This document shows, piece after piece, positions 1 to 10,196 of a DNA stretch of 64,000 nt. Location of the stretch: positions 32,001 to 96,000 of IMG/VR virus record IMGVR_UViG_2595698832_000001; one strand, 5' to 3'. Each line of letters opens with the position of its first letter. Positions within the stretch are counted from its first letter, which is position 1. Source of the stretch: a virus. Its lineage: Duplodnaviria > Caudoviricetes. The notes under the pieces were generated by a model. It was not told the DNA's origin, did no database searches, and saw nothing but the letters and a program-made list of their open reading frames with translations. Position numbers and translations under genes: made by a program.

Positions 1-218
1 TCTATGGAAAATGCATTTTCATTATTAAAATATTCCTCATTTTTCCAATTATATGGGTGATCTACTGAAAATCCTGCGTGGTCATAATTCTCTATGATAC
101 GATTACAGTTACTAGCATCGTTATGTTCGGTATTTTCAATATATAAACCTTCTGATGTTTTAATATACTTCTTTTCAATATTATCCCAAATCCTAAAATC
201 AAAATCTTTTAGTTTCAT
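1..218 (-). CDS. YopX-family phage protein, N-terminal part (runs off window)
   Basis: Manual translation MKLKDFDFRIWDNIEKKY resembles the YopX N-terminus (FRxWD); GGAG RBS upstream. Confidence 0.55.
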   Translation of the reverse strand, partial: MKLKDFDFRIWDNIEKKYIKTSEGLYIENTEHNDASNCNRIIENYDHAGFSVDHPYNWKNEEYFNNENAFSI

Positions 219-287
219 TTTTATCTCCTCCAATTTATTGATAATTATATAATAAGCTTAGATTTATTTTAATTTTATACTTTGATG

Positions 288-569
288 TCAATTAAAATAA
301 ACAAACTTAGCTTTATGTTTATCCATTGCAGTCTTTACTTCTTTTAGGTCATAACTTTCTTTAGATAATTCACAAACGTCCTTGTAAGATAAAGATACGT
401 TAATTCTATCAGGATCTTCCATAATATAATCTTTTGAATATAAAAAGTTCCAAAGATTATTACCATAACTATCACCTTTGTGGATTATGTTCAAGAATGT
501 TCCATTTTTTAAGTCTTTTTTAATATCTTTTTTGTTTTTATAATAATAAAAAGCAGTTGATGAAGTCAT
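288..569 (-). CDS. hypothetical protein
   Basis: 93-aa ORF with AGGAG RBS. Confidence 0.6.
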   Translation of the reverse strand: MTSSTAFYYYKNKKDIKKDLKNGTFLNIIHKGDSYGNNLWNFLYSKDYIMEDPDRINVSLSYKDVCELSKESYDLKEVKTAMDKHKAKFVYFN

Positions 570-896
570 TTTATCTCCTTTAATAGATTATCATCTTCGT
601 GAATATTGCTTATTACATCCATATTTACATATGAATTATATACTTTAAGAAAAGCTGTATCAAAATCAACTTTTCTTTTATGAATTTTATTATCGAGGTT
701 TCTAACAAACCTTTCTATTTTAAACGTTTCATAAGCAACCTACTCTTGTAATACGATAAAGTTCTCCAATAAGTTTATTTTCTAATAATTTTACTTATTG
801 GCTTTATTGGCTTGTCTTGCCATTTTTTCAACTATTTTATATAATCTTTTATATTCGTCTATAATAGATTTTATGATAGCTTCCAGATTTCTATTA

Positions 897-1301
897 CTAA
901 TGTGAGAAACAGAAGCATAATCGGCTTTTTAAATCTTTCATAGCTTGCTTGATTTCATCTATATAATCTTTGATGATTTCTTTGTATCTTTTCAATTCTT
1001 GTGATTGGAGTTCCTCTCTATACCAAGGCATCTTGTTTTTATAGCTAAGTAGATATTGATTTATATTCCATACTTCGTTCAGTAAGTCATTATAAAGTTT
1101 ATAATATTGTTTGTTGCTATGTGGACCATCAGCAAGCTTGTGTAGAATTTTTAAAGCTTTCTTCCCAAGCGATTCTATATCTTTATAATCTTTTTTGAAG
1201 GCCAGACCTGATTTGTTATTGGCTACATTAATCTCCTTGAGCATATCATCAATAGCAGCTTCATTAATAATGGCTTCATTAATAAATTTCGTAAACGTCA
1301 T
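897..1301 (-). CDS. hypothetical protein (3' end probably frameshifted)
   Basis: 134-aa ORF, AAGGA RBS, promoter-like TATAAT upstream. Confidence 0.55.
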   Translation of the reverse strand: MTFTKFINEAIINEAAIDDMLKEINVANNKSGLAFKKDYKDIESLGKKALKILHKLADGPHSNKQYYKLYNDLLNEVWNINQYLLSYKNKMPWYREELQSQELKRYKEIIKDYIDEIKQAMKDLKSRLCFCFSH

Positions 1302-1481
1302 TTGTTATCCTTTTAATAGTTTAATTTTATACATAATTATAACAGATTAACCTTATAATAAACTTATTTATTATAAATTATGTATTAATATACTTCTTTT
1401 CAATATTATAATCTATATACTAAATCCTAAAATCAAAATCTTTTAATCTCCTTTCCGTCTTTATCAAACCAATTTTCATTT

Positions 1482-1694
1482 TTAATCTTCTAACAATTTT
1501 TTAATTTCTTCTTTTTCTTCTTTGGAACAAATTTCTAGTATTTTTTCTACAATTTCTATCTTGTCAGTATTTTTTAAAAAACTATTTATGAATTTTTCTT
1601 GCTCTGTATAATACAAGTTTTCATAAATTACAAAAGCTTCATCTGCTGTAACATCTTTTAACTCATCGGCGTAAAATCCAACTTCAAATTTCAT
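1482..1694 (-). CDS. hypothetical protein
   Basis: 70-aa ORF with AGGAG RBS. Confidence 0.6.
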   Translation of the reverse strand: MKFEVGFYADELKDVTADEAFVIYENLYYTEQEKFINSFLKNTDKIEIVEKILEICSKEEKEEIKKLLED

Positions 1695-1759
1695 TTTAAT
1701 CTCCTTTGATTTAATTTATCAATGTAATTATATAGTAATAAACTTAAAATAATATTAAA

Positions 1760-2226
1760 TTAGCTAGCAGAGTCTAATTTTGTTTCTAAGTTCTCAGTAT
1801 TTGTATTCACTTCAAGTGTGCTAATACCAGAATCTACAAAAGATTTCATAGTCTCTGGTTCTTGTTTTGAATCTTTATTAAAAAATTTGTTCAGCAAACT
1901 CAGTTATAGGTCCACGAACCACATTAATTAACTCACCACCCCAAGTATTAATTATGCTAGGATTTTTAACTGCATTTTGAAGAACTGTTAAAGCGTTGTT
2001 ATACTTATTAATATATTGATTGTCTATTTGTGAGTTTGAACCAATTATTATAACTTTACAATCCTTGTCAACTCTTGTTAATATGGTGCTCATTGACTTA
2101 GTAGAGATATTTTGACAATTTTTTAGATAATACGCCAGAATCTAAAAAATAATTTTCATTACCCTCTACTTGTGGTGTGTATATAAATGAATTATATTCG
2201 ATAGGTTCTATTTTAGTTACTTTCAT
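1760..2226 (-). CDS. phoH: Split-intein C-fragment (~36 aa) fused to PhoH C-terminal extein
   Basis: ATG 2226 (ATGA overlap with upstream stop, AAAGGA RBS) gives MKVTKIEPIEYNSFIYTPQVEGNENYFLDSGVLSK(N)|CQNISTKSMSTILTRVDKDCKVIIIGSNSQID. Needs removal of one A in the A6 run at 2119-2124; a second shift near 1880 extends it to 1760. Confidence 0.75.
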
Positions 2227-3345
2227 TTTAATCCTTTTAACGAATTATTAATTTTACGTAGACTTTCGTTGTCAAAAGCCACCTTATTAGCCAAGAAGTT
2301 GTCTACAATTTTATTTTTATATTTTTTTAAATAATCTTCGGTTATTATTTTATATACAAATCCATTGTTTTCACACCACTTAATTGCAGCATTTTCTTTT
2401 ATTTTGTTTAAATCGTTGTTTATCTCAGATTTTGGTTTAATTTCATATAATATTTTGTTATTAAAATCTGTAAAATCAACTATATAATTACGGGCTACTC
2501 CGTAGTAGTCGTAAGGTATTACAGTTTTTTCATATAAAAGTTTGTCTTCTGTATCCAATAATTTGAACAATACTTCGAATGAACTACGAAAAGCATTACC
2601 CTTGTATAATATTCTGCTTCTGCACCAGCTATTAGTAACACAAGGTACAAATTCACCTATTTTTTATTTTTTCTTTCATTATAACTGATAATTTAGCACC
2701 CGCTTTAATACAGGCTAATTCTTTTTTCGTTTTATCTCCTATGTATGTATTGCGCATCATAACTTCTCTCAGTTTAGCAGCTCGGCTATACCGAACGTGT
2801 CTTACTATCCTTTTTATATTAGTATAATTGTTAACAGTTTTTGTGATATTTGTTCTAAAAGTTTCTATTCTAAATTTAAATGAATCGCAGTCTTTATTAA
2901 AACATTGTCCAGCATACCCGTATTCATTAACTGCTAATTTTTCACCACAATAACAACAATACACTGTAGGTTTGTAAACGTAATTTGTTTTATGTTTTGT
3001 TGTATAATGATTTTTAATACCTTTTATTGAATTGGCCTTGTAGTCACAACAACTACATTTTATCTTTTTACAATTACAATTAAGATCAGCTTCTAATAAA
3101 TCACCACAATCTGGACAGAAAATTTTTCCACTTGCTAAGAGTCTTGTAAAATGTTTTAATTCTATTTTTAAATTGTTAGTGACTAGCTGTCTTAATTTTT
3201 TTAATAATTTCTGGTTTATAATAGTATTATGATAACCTTTAAAGTTTATATTATTATCGTTTATATATAATAATTTTTGAATGAAATTATTTTCATCAAT
3301 TGTGTATAATAAATTAATGTTTACTGACGATTTCAACAGTCTCAC
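2223..3345 (-). CDS. Free-standing putative homing endonuclease (Zn-ribbon/C2H2 motifs plus TnsA-like PD-(D/E)XK domain); frameshift near 2655
   Basis: ORFs 2653..3345 (CPDC, CSCC..H..H, CCYC) and 2223..2570 join as FRSSFE...YIVDF...YEIKP...AAIKWC...GFVYKIITE. Confidence 0.7.
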
Positions 3346-4740
3346 CTTTGCTTATTTTTGATATCATTTCGTAAACGGTTATATTTTCATCATTAGTGGT
3401 TATTAACTTATGATTACCGGTTAACATAGCATAATCACCATTTTCAAAATAAACTTTAAACATTTGTTCTTTGGTATTGTTTATATGTTCTTTTTTTAAT
3501 TGTATACTAATTTTTTATATTCTTGTTTTTTAATTTGTTTGTTATATGATAATAATTCTATATCATCTTCTATATATAAAGACTCTAATTCTTTGGCTGT
3601 TACAATACCTTTATTTGTTATAATTTTTTGATCTTCGTGTAAACATTCATCAACAATAACAAACGCATCCGAAATTGTTCTACCACGCAAAGCACCAATC
3701 CACATAGTTTCGATACCAGATAACTCAATAATTTCTTTAATACCTTCTTGTATTTTTAAATTATCAATTTTAACTTTTCTTGATTTATTATCATTAGATT
3801 TTTCAAGTCTTTTTCTAACAATATATTCTAAAGAATCATATAGTGGGTGATTAAAAACCGCAAACTTTTCGTCATTTCCAGCAAGATATCCAATATCTTC
3901 ACCTTTATCTAAAGATTCAATTGAGTTACGTATATAAACAATTTTACTATATTGTTTTTCTTTAACTAATCTGATACCAGTCGCAATAGCTAATAAGCTT
4001 TTACCTGATCCTGAAACTGCAGAAACAACTTGTAAATCTACATTAGTATCTAGCATAGCATCCACGAAATATTTTTGACGGATATTAATAGGTTTGACAT
4101 CTTGTTTTTCCAAGTGTTTTTCGTCTATGTAATTAATTCTGTGATTTTGTATCCTTGCTAGTTTTTTATTACCATCTTTACTCTGTATTAAGTAGTTATA
4201 ATTTTCGTGTTTATAATCTGGATCTATACTTAAAATGCTGCTAAGATTTTCTGGCAATTTCTCAACATCGAGAACTTTAAAAAACTCTGGAACTTCATTA
4301 AAATCTTTTTTTAAACCGAATGTCTCAGTTTTTACCCCTTCAGATATAGCTCTTATCTTGCACATACTATCATATGTTATAAAAATACAATCTGGATATA
4401 ACTTAGCAACTTCTATAATTTTTCTATCATTTAGAATATTAATAGGTTCATCTGCGTGTTTATATTCTTTTTTACTAGTAATAGTTACTTTTAAAAGAGA
4501 ATCACCCAGTGTTGTCTCAGTATAGTCATTGAATTTATTAAGTTCAATGACATCAAGATTTGATAAAAGTCTTGCAAAATTACGGGCTTGGTATCCAACT
4601 TCATCGAATAATGATTTTTTGGCATCTAATTCATCAATAACTGTTTCGGGGATTATAATACGATTTTCACTATCGTATAAACGTGAGAGATTATTTACAT
4701 CATCTAAAATGATGTTAGTATCAACGACATAAGTTTTCAT
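3314..4740 (-). CDS. phoH: PIN-PhoH family ATPase N-terminal part plus split-intein N-fragment (3645..3314)
   Basis: PIN motif VVDTN; Walker A SGSGKS; RGRT; VDE followed by intein block A CLHEDQKI. After a frameshift near 3500 it continues through block B MLTGNHKL to TAA 3314. Confidence 0.85.
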
Positions 4741-4955
4741 TGGAGCCTTTTGTCTTTTGATTTTATTTATGATTTAATAACCTTGAGTTTTAAATTACAA
4801 AAATTTAAACTTTAGTTTTAGTTGTTTTAAAAGCTTTAAACTTTAGTTTAGATTGTTTATATGTTATGATATTATATTCTATACCATCTATGAAATATTA
4901 TAAGAATATATAAATATCTATAATTATATTATAAGTTTTCTTAAAAAGGATTTAA

Positions 4956-5585
4956 ATGTATAGTATTGGAGAATTTTCTAGAATTATAGGTGTTACTAGG
5001 ACAACCTTAAGAAATTGGGATAAAACAAATAAACTAAAACCTATTTTACTCGAATCGGGACATAGAAGATATACAGATGAACATTTATCAAAGATAAAAC
5101 ACATAGACTCTGATGACAAACTGAATATCGTCTACTGTAGAGAATCTACAAAGTCACAAAAGAAATCTTTAGATCTACAGATAGAAAATATAAAACAATT
5201 TTGCTTAAAGCAAGGTATATCTATAGATAAATGTATAAGCGAATTTGGTAGTGGTCTTAATTTCAAGAGAAGGGGATTTCTAGAGATTCTTAATCTGGCA
5301 ATAAATGGTAAAATAGATAGGCTAATTATCTACTATAAGGATAGACTGTGTAGATTTGGCTTTGAAATGTTTGAGGAGTTATCTAAAAAGTATAATTTTA
5401 AGATAATTGTCGTTGATAATACAGAAACAAAGAGTAGAGATAAAGAATTTGCAGACGATATAATTGCTATAATACATTTCTTTTCTATGAGATTGTATGA
5501 ATCTAGAACATATAAGAAAAATCTCAAAGATGCTGAAGAAAGTATTCAAAAAAGCAAAAGAAGAAATATAAATAGATATAAATAG
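4956..5585 (+). CDS. tnpA: IS607 transposase (MerR-type HTH plus serine recombinase)
   Basis: SIGEFSRIIGVTRTTLRNWD, GHRRY, YCREST, EFGSGLNFKR, YKDRLCRFGFE. Confidence 0.92.
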   Translation: MYSIGEFSRIIGVTRTTLRNWDKTNKLKPILLESGHRRYTDEHLSKIKHIDSDDKLNIVYCRESTKSQKKSLDLQIENIKQFCLKQGISIDKCISEFGSGLNFKRRGFLEILNLAINGKIDRLIIYYKDRLCRFGFEMFEELSKKYNFKIIVVDNTETKSRDKEFADDIIAIIHFFSMRLYESRTYKKNLKDAEESIQKSKRRNINRYK

Positions 5586-5616
5586 CTATAAATAGATATA
5601 AAGAAAGGAGTTTAGA

Positions 5617-6862
5617 ATGTTATCTAGAAAGATAAGAATTGATAGCTTTATCTCTGATAAAGAAAAAGAAGAAATTTATCAATATTCTAAATCTCTTTCT
5701 ACTATCTATAATGAATGTCTAGATCTCCTTAAAGAGAATTTGAATTTTAAAGATCTATCTAAAATCACAAAAGGTAGATCGAAAGCAACAGGTTTATATT
5801 CAAAACATATACAGAATACCTCTAGAGAGGTTATAAATGCTGTAAAATCTTATCTAGACGAAAAAGAAGAATGATAAAACCGCTAGATTTCCAAAATTAT
5901 ATAGAGAATATAGTCCTATCATTATGGATATAAATCTTTCTTCTAAGATTGTAGAGGTTGTTAATTCTGAAACAGGAGAGGTAACTCTTGAAAAGAAATA
6001 CTATCCAGGTGGAGGATTTAAACTAGAAGGTAAGAAAATAAACTTTACTTCAATAGGATTTGAATTAGATTTAAGTAAATGCCCTTACTATGATATAGAA
6101 CTTATCAACTATAAGACTTTAAAACAGATAGTCATCAAGATTGATGTGAATAAGAGAATAGATTGTATTTTTGTTTTCTCAGAGAAAAAACAAGAAAAAG
6201 CACTAAATCAAAATTTTATTTCTATAGATCTAGGAATAAGCAGCATAGCATCTTGTTACTCAAATAAGATTGATTGTATGAAGATACAAACTAAGAGATT
6301 TAAAGGTTTAGAAAGAGCTATAAATGAACTTAAGTCTAAAAGAGATAAGAAGAAGAAAGGTTCAAGAGGATATAAAAAACTTAACAAAGCAATCAGAAGA
6401 AAGCAAGCAAAACTAACTAATAAAAGAAAAGACTATCTTCATAAGACCTCAAAGACTATAGTAGATCTCTGTATTCTTAATGGTATAGATAACATCATTT
6501 GTGGGGCTATCAAGACTAAAAAATTAAAGAAAGACTATAAAACAAGTTTAAATAAATCAACTCAAAATGAAGGACTATTGAGTAGATTTAAGGGTTTCTT
6601 AAAGTATAAAGCAGAGAATAAAGGATTGAACTTTTTACTTGTGAATGAAGCATATACTTCTCAGACTAACTGTCTTACAGGAAAAAGAGAGCTAGACTCG
6701 AATCTTGGTATTAGAGAGGTAGAATTAAGTCCAGGTTTCAAAGTTGATAGAGATATAAATTCAGCTGTCAATATAGCCAAAATATGTGGGGATTTATGGT
6801 TATCCCATATCTTTGAGAAGAATAGACTTCTCAAGATACAAAAAATGAATATTACTTTGTAA
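5617..6862 (+). CDS. tnpB: TnpB RNA-guided endonuclease (frameshift near 5870)
   Basis: RuvC-I IDLG, DYLHKTSK, NEAYTSQ, RuvC-III DRDINSAVNI; ORFs 5617..5874 and 5924..6862. Confidence 0.88.
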
Positions 6863-6903
6863 TATTTGATTAAATTCTTATAGATTCTTATAGAATTTAA
6901 AAA

Positions 6904-7404
6904 TCATTTTTTAGATTTACTTGAAACTTTTGAATCCCTAAGCGCTTTCTTATACAAAGCTTCTGCAGAAACACCTATAAAAGTTTCTGTTTTAGTTTCT
7001 ATAATTTGTTTCATATTTTCATTAGGTATTTTGACTGCTCTTCTATATATTCTGCTATTAATATAAAGTCTTATTATTGGAAAAAATCCAAACTTTTTGA
7101 GCATAGGCTTAATTCTATACCAATCTATATCTAATGGTTTATTCTCTTTAATATTCTTTTTATTTAGTCGAAATATGGCATTTAAAAGCATTTTTCTCAT
7201 TGGTATCGGGCACCAGTGAAAATTTATACCTAAGGTATAAGATTTAGATTTTCTGAGTACCAGGCACAATGGAGTTCTATCATATTTAACACTGGTATCT
7301 TTAGGATTATATTTAAAAATTACTAAATTACCAGGTTTTAAAATTTGTCCTTTTTCAACCGATTTGGTTTTAATAAGATTTTTAACTAACTTTAAACTAT
7401 CCAT
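6904..7404 (-). CDS. gp2: DNA end protector protein (T4 gp2-like)
   Basis: PGNLVIFKYNPK..YDRTPL..GINFHW pattern. Confidence 0.75.
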   Translation of the reverse strand: MDSLKLVKNLIKTKSVEKGQILKPGNLVIFKYNPKDTSVKYDRTPLCLVLRKSKSYTLGINFHWCPIPMRKMLLNAIFRLNKKNIKENKPLDIDWYRIKPMLKKFGFFPIIRLYINSRIYRRAVKIPNENMKQIIETKTETFIGVSAEALYKKALRDSKVSSKSKK

Positions 7405-7429
7405 TTTCTGACTGTTTTGAAGTATTTAT

Positions 7430-7449
7430 GAGTCTGGATTTCCAGACTC
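7430..7449 (-). terminator. Hairpin downstream of tail tube gene
   Basis: GAGTCTGGA-TT-TCCAGACTC perfect inverted repeat. Confidence 0.5.
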
Positions 7450-7456
7450 TTAAGAA

Positions 7457-8047
7457 TTATTGGTCTACAGAAACTACGTTAGTAGCAGCTGATTTACCAT
7501 CTTGTGGCATATTAAATTCAGATCCATTAGAAATAATCCAATCTGAGAAGCTAAATGTGATATCACATTCTTGTAATGTATCTAATTGATCAGCACCGAC
7601 ACTAATTTCACCAACACCACTTGGCCAGCAGTTTCTTAAAGTATATTCAGCAACTTCATTTTCTAATGAATCTAATTGACAAACCGAAACTTCTGTAAAT
7701 AAACCTCCTGGATTACCAGAATGTGTATTTGCTTGGAAGTTATCACAAGCTTTCATCCAACTTAAGAAGTCTTTACGAGTTTGGTGTGCATTATCCATAT
7801 AAAATGTCACAGTCCATTGTGTATCATACGAAGTATCACCAGGTATAGGAAGCTTTCTTCCTTGGTTAAATACTTCAATTTGTCCAATAGTTACACCTGG
7901 AAAACTAGTAGCTTTAGCTAAGCAGTTCAAGCTTTGTAATTCCATTTTATGTTGCACTTCTGTTGGAAATGAAAGTTTAACACGGTATTTTGTAGCTTTT
8001 GCACCAGATTTTAGTGCGTTTTTAATTTCTTCAATTTTGTTAGACAT
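7457..8047 (-). CDS. gp19: Tail tube protein (gp19-like)
   Basis: KATSFPG..GRKLPIPGD..WTVTFY..WP..FSFSDW. Confidence 0.88.
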   Translation of the reverse strand: MSNKIEEIKNALKSGAKATKYRVKLSFPTEVQHKMELQSLNCLAKATSFPGVTIGQIEVFNQGRKLPIPGDTSYDTQWTVTFYMDNAHQTRKDFLSWMKACDNFQANTHSGNPGGLFTEVSVCQLDSLENEVAEYTLRNCWPSGVGEISVGADQLDTLQECDITFSFSDWIISNGSEFNMPQDGKSAATNVVSVDQ

Positions 8048-8494
8048 AACTGTTAAACCATTCCTTTGCTTTTGTTTTATTTATTATTTTGATGATTTTT
8101 ATGGTTTAAGATTATTTTAAGTTCTAAAATTAAAATACGACACTATAGTGTTAAACTTTACACTATAGTGTGAAATCTTCTGATAGGAGCAAGTAATGGT
8201 CCTTCAAAAATATAAGGATAGAAAAGATATACGAGTTCTAAAGAATGTCTTGAGTTTGTGGTAGTGTTCTACCTCCAGTCCTTCATAAAAATATTATAGA
8301 AGTATCCACAGTTCGCTTATCGACATATGTCTTAGCAAGGTAGAGACTATTCTGAACATTGATTAGAACTATAAAGACTTCCGGTGTGCTAAGTTTATAC
8401 TAACAAATTCCCGATTAAATAAGAAGTATGTATGGTGTTCTGCACATAAAAGTCTTTATAGTTCTAACATTCTAAGTTTAGAATTTAAAACTAA

Positions 8495-8657
8495 AATATA
8501 ACCAAAATTGTGAGCATCTCTCTGTTCTAGTATTTTTAAACTTTTTAAATTTTTTAATCTTTCAATTAAGTTACATTGCAATCTAAAGAAAAAGGAGTGA
8601 CTCTACTATGATTTTCTCTGTCAGGAAATCCGAAATGCTCACAATTTTGGTTATATT
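8495..8657. repeat. 23-bp perfect inverted repeat flanking 117 bp
   Basis: AATATAACCAAAATTGTGAGCAT at 8495-8517 and its reverse complement at 8635-8657. Confidence 0.9.
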
Positions 8658-8709
8658 CTAAATCTGTTTAACAATGATATTTAAAAGATCTAATTTATTT
8701 ATATTTATA

Positions 8710-8731
8710 ATTATATACTAAGTATCCTTAA
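8710..8731 (-). promoter_or_regulatory. Early-type promoter TTAAG-N11-TATAAT pointing into an ORF-free region
   Basis: TTAAG GATACTTAGTA TATAAT on minus strand; same spacing as motifs upstream of many genes. Confidence 0.6.
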
Positions 8732-9270
8732 AAGTTCCTTAAATTTCCAAATCTTTTGTCGATAATTTTGACAGCTGCTTTAAATCTTTCGTCTACAGAA
8801 CCACTTAAATTAACTACATTAATACCATAGGTATCTATATAGTAATCGTAGTAATTACTACAAATATTTCTAAATTCTAAATCAGTAGATCTGACACCAT
8901 CCGGAACTAAATCAAATTCTGGTTTAATATAAAAAACTATATCATATTTTTTCATTAATTCAATAGAAACTATTTCAGCTAAATCTAAAAATACATCAGG
9001 TATTGATTTTTTAATCTCTACTAAATACTTAGTATAAACTACAGCATCTAATATTGTTCTTTCGTATATACCATCTTTGTTAAGATCTTCTATATGAATT
9101 TGCAAAGCTGCTTTTTGAGTTTCCATATCACCATCTTCATTTATATTAAAACCCAATTCTTTTAATTTTCTTCCAGGCCCTGGAATAATATCCAAATTAT
9201 ATCGTTCTTTTAATAATTTGGCTATAGTCGTCTTTCCAGAACCTGAAACTCCTGTAAATCCTATTTTCAT
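8728..9270 (-). CDS. P-loop nucleotide kinase (AAA_28/dNMP kinase-like)
   Basis: Walker A GVSGSGKTT, ERTILD, DGVR. Confidence 0.75.
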   Translation of the reverse strand: MKIGFTGVSGSGKTTIAKLLKERYNLDIIPGPGRKLKELGFNINEDGDMETQKAALQIHIEDLNKDGIYERTILDAVVYTKYLVEIKKSIPDVFLDLAEIVSIELMKKYDIVFYIKPEFDLVPDGVRSTDLEFRNICSNYYDYYIDTYGINVVNLSGSVDERFKAAVKIIDKRFGNLRNF

Positions 9271-9311
9271 TTAAACCCCTTTAAAACCTAATTTTGGCTA
9301 TTTAAACCATA

Positions 9312-10088
9312 TCAAAGGCCATTAATAGTTCTAAAATCCATAATATTTAATAAAATAGTATTGGCGGAACCTTTATAATCTATAAGATCTACTAATTTAG
9401 TACTTATTTTAGTTCTTAAACCATCTTTAGAATATCTTACATTATATATACCGTGAACAATTGGGTTAGAAGTATCTAAAGATACAATCTCTGGAATGTT
9501 CTTATAATTTTTAAATTCTTGAGGAACTTGACAACCCAATAAATGTATTTTAGAATCTTTTAATAGATTTAATTTATCTAAATGTTTTATAAAATCTATC
9601 CTTGCTTGTGTTAATTTAGCTTCTTTAGTATCACCTTCGTATTCATAGAAGTAATCTCCTGAAAAACAAATAGCTACCATATCTGCATTTTCTTTCATAA
9701 ACTTAAAGCAATCTGTTAATTCTTCTAAAGTATTACCTTGAACAACACCTATTTTCTTACCAGGTATACTAAACTTAGAAAAGTCTCTAAAAGATTGTAT
9801 TGTTGCACTAGCATTACCTAAAGCATCAGGGACTATATAATAGAAATTACTAGGATTGATAGAACCTAATTCATTTGCTTCTTTAGCAAACTTATCGTGA
9901 TCGTATAATGTTCCTAATTCAAATAAAGAATTATCTAAATAAACTATTCTACGCTTTTTTAATGAATCTATGTAAAATTGTTTGTATTCTGGGTAGATTT
10001 CAAATAAATGAACTAAAGCATAATCATAATCATTAAACGTTCTTGATTTTTCTAAAAGACTTAACGGAACTTCGTGAGAAACAAGCAT
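9312..10088 (-). CDS. TGT/DpdA-like transglycosylase (7-deazaguanine pathway candidate)
   Basis: TGT-fold motifs LDNS, IVPD, VVQG, IHLLG, SLDTS. Confidence 0.65.
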   Translation of the reverse strand: MLVSHEVPLSLLEKSRTFNDYDYALVHLFEIYPEYKQFYIDSLKKRRIVYLDNSLFELGTLYDHDKFAKEANELGSINPSNFYYIVPDALGNASATIQSFRDFSKFSIPGKKIGVVQGNTLEELTDCFKFMKENADMVAICFSGDYFYEYEGDTKEAKLTQARIDFIKHLDKLNLLKDSKIHLLGCQVPQEFKNYKNIPEIVSLDTSNPIVHGIYNVRYSKDGLRTKISTKLVDLIDYKGSANTILLNIMDFRTINGL

Positions 10089-10196
10089 ATAACTCCTTTT
10101 TGTTTATTATATTATAATTGAACTTAAAGTTCTATGAATCTTATGTTAAAAACTAAAACTCTAGTTTAAATTATTTTAAAATTTAAGCTTTTAAGT

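Larger units (their letters stand above)
4870..6895 (+). mobile_element. IS607-family insertion sequence (tnpA + tnpB); ends approximate
   Basis: Serine-recombinase TnpA followed by TnpB, opposite in orientation to flanking genes; TATAAGAAT near the left end and ATTCTTATA twice near the right end. Confidence 0.85.

Noticed and set aside
4235-4732. Short antisense ORFs (also 15360, 18711, 19848, 36990, 39805, 41461, 49029, 57808, 59388, 60646)
   Set aside because: They overlap well-supported genes on the other strand and show no recognisable motifs
8131-8150. T7/SP6 promoter-like AATACGACACTATAG (also TGACACTATAG at 48037)
   Set aside because: Only partial matches, no single-subunit RNA polymerase seen; better explained by the ACACT-NN-AGTGT palindrome
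8495-8657. Retron msr-msd suggested by a1/a2-like inverted repeats
   Set aside because: No reverse transcriptase gene in the window
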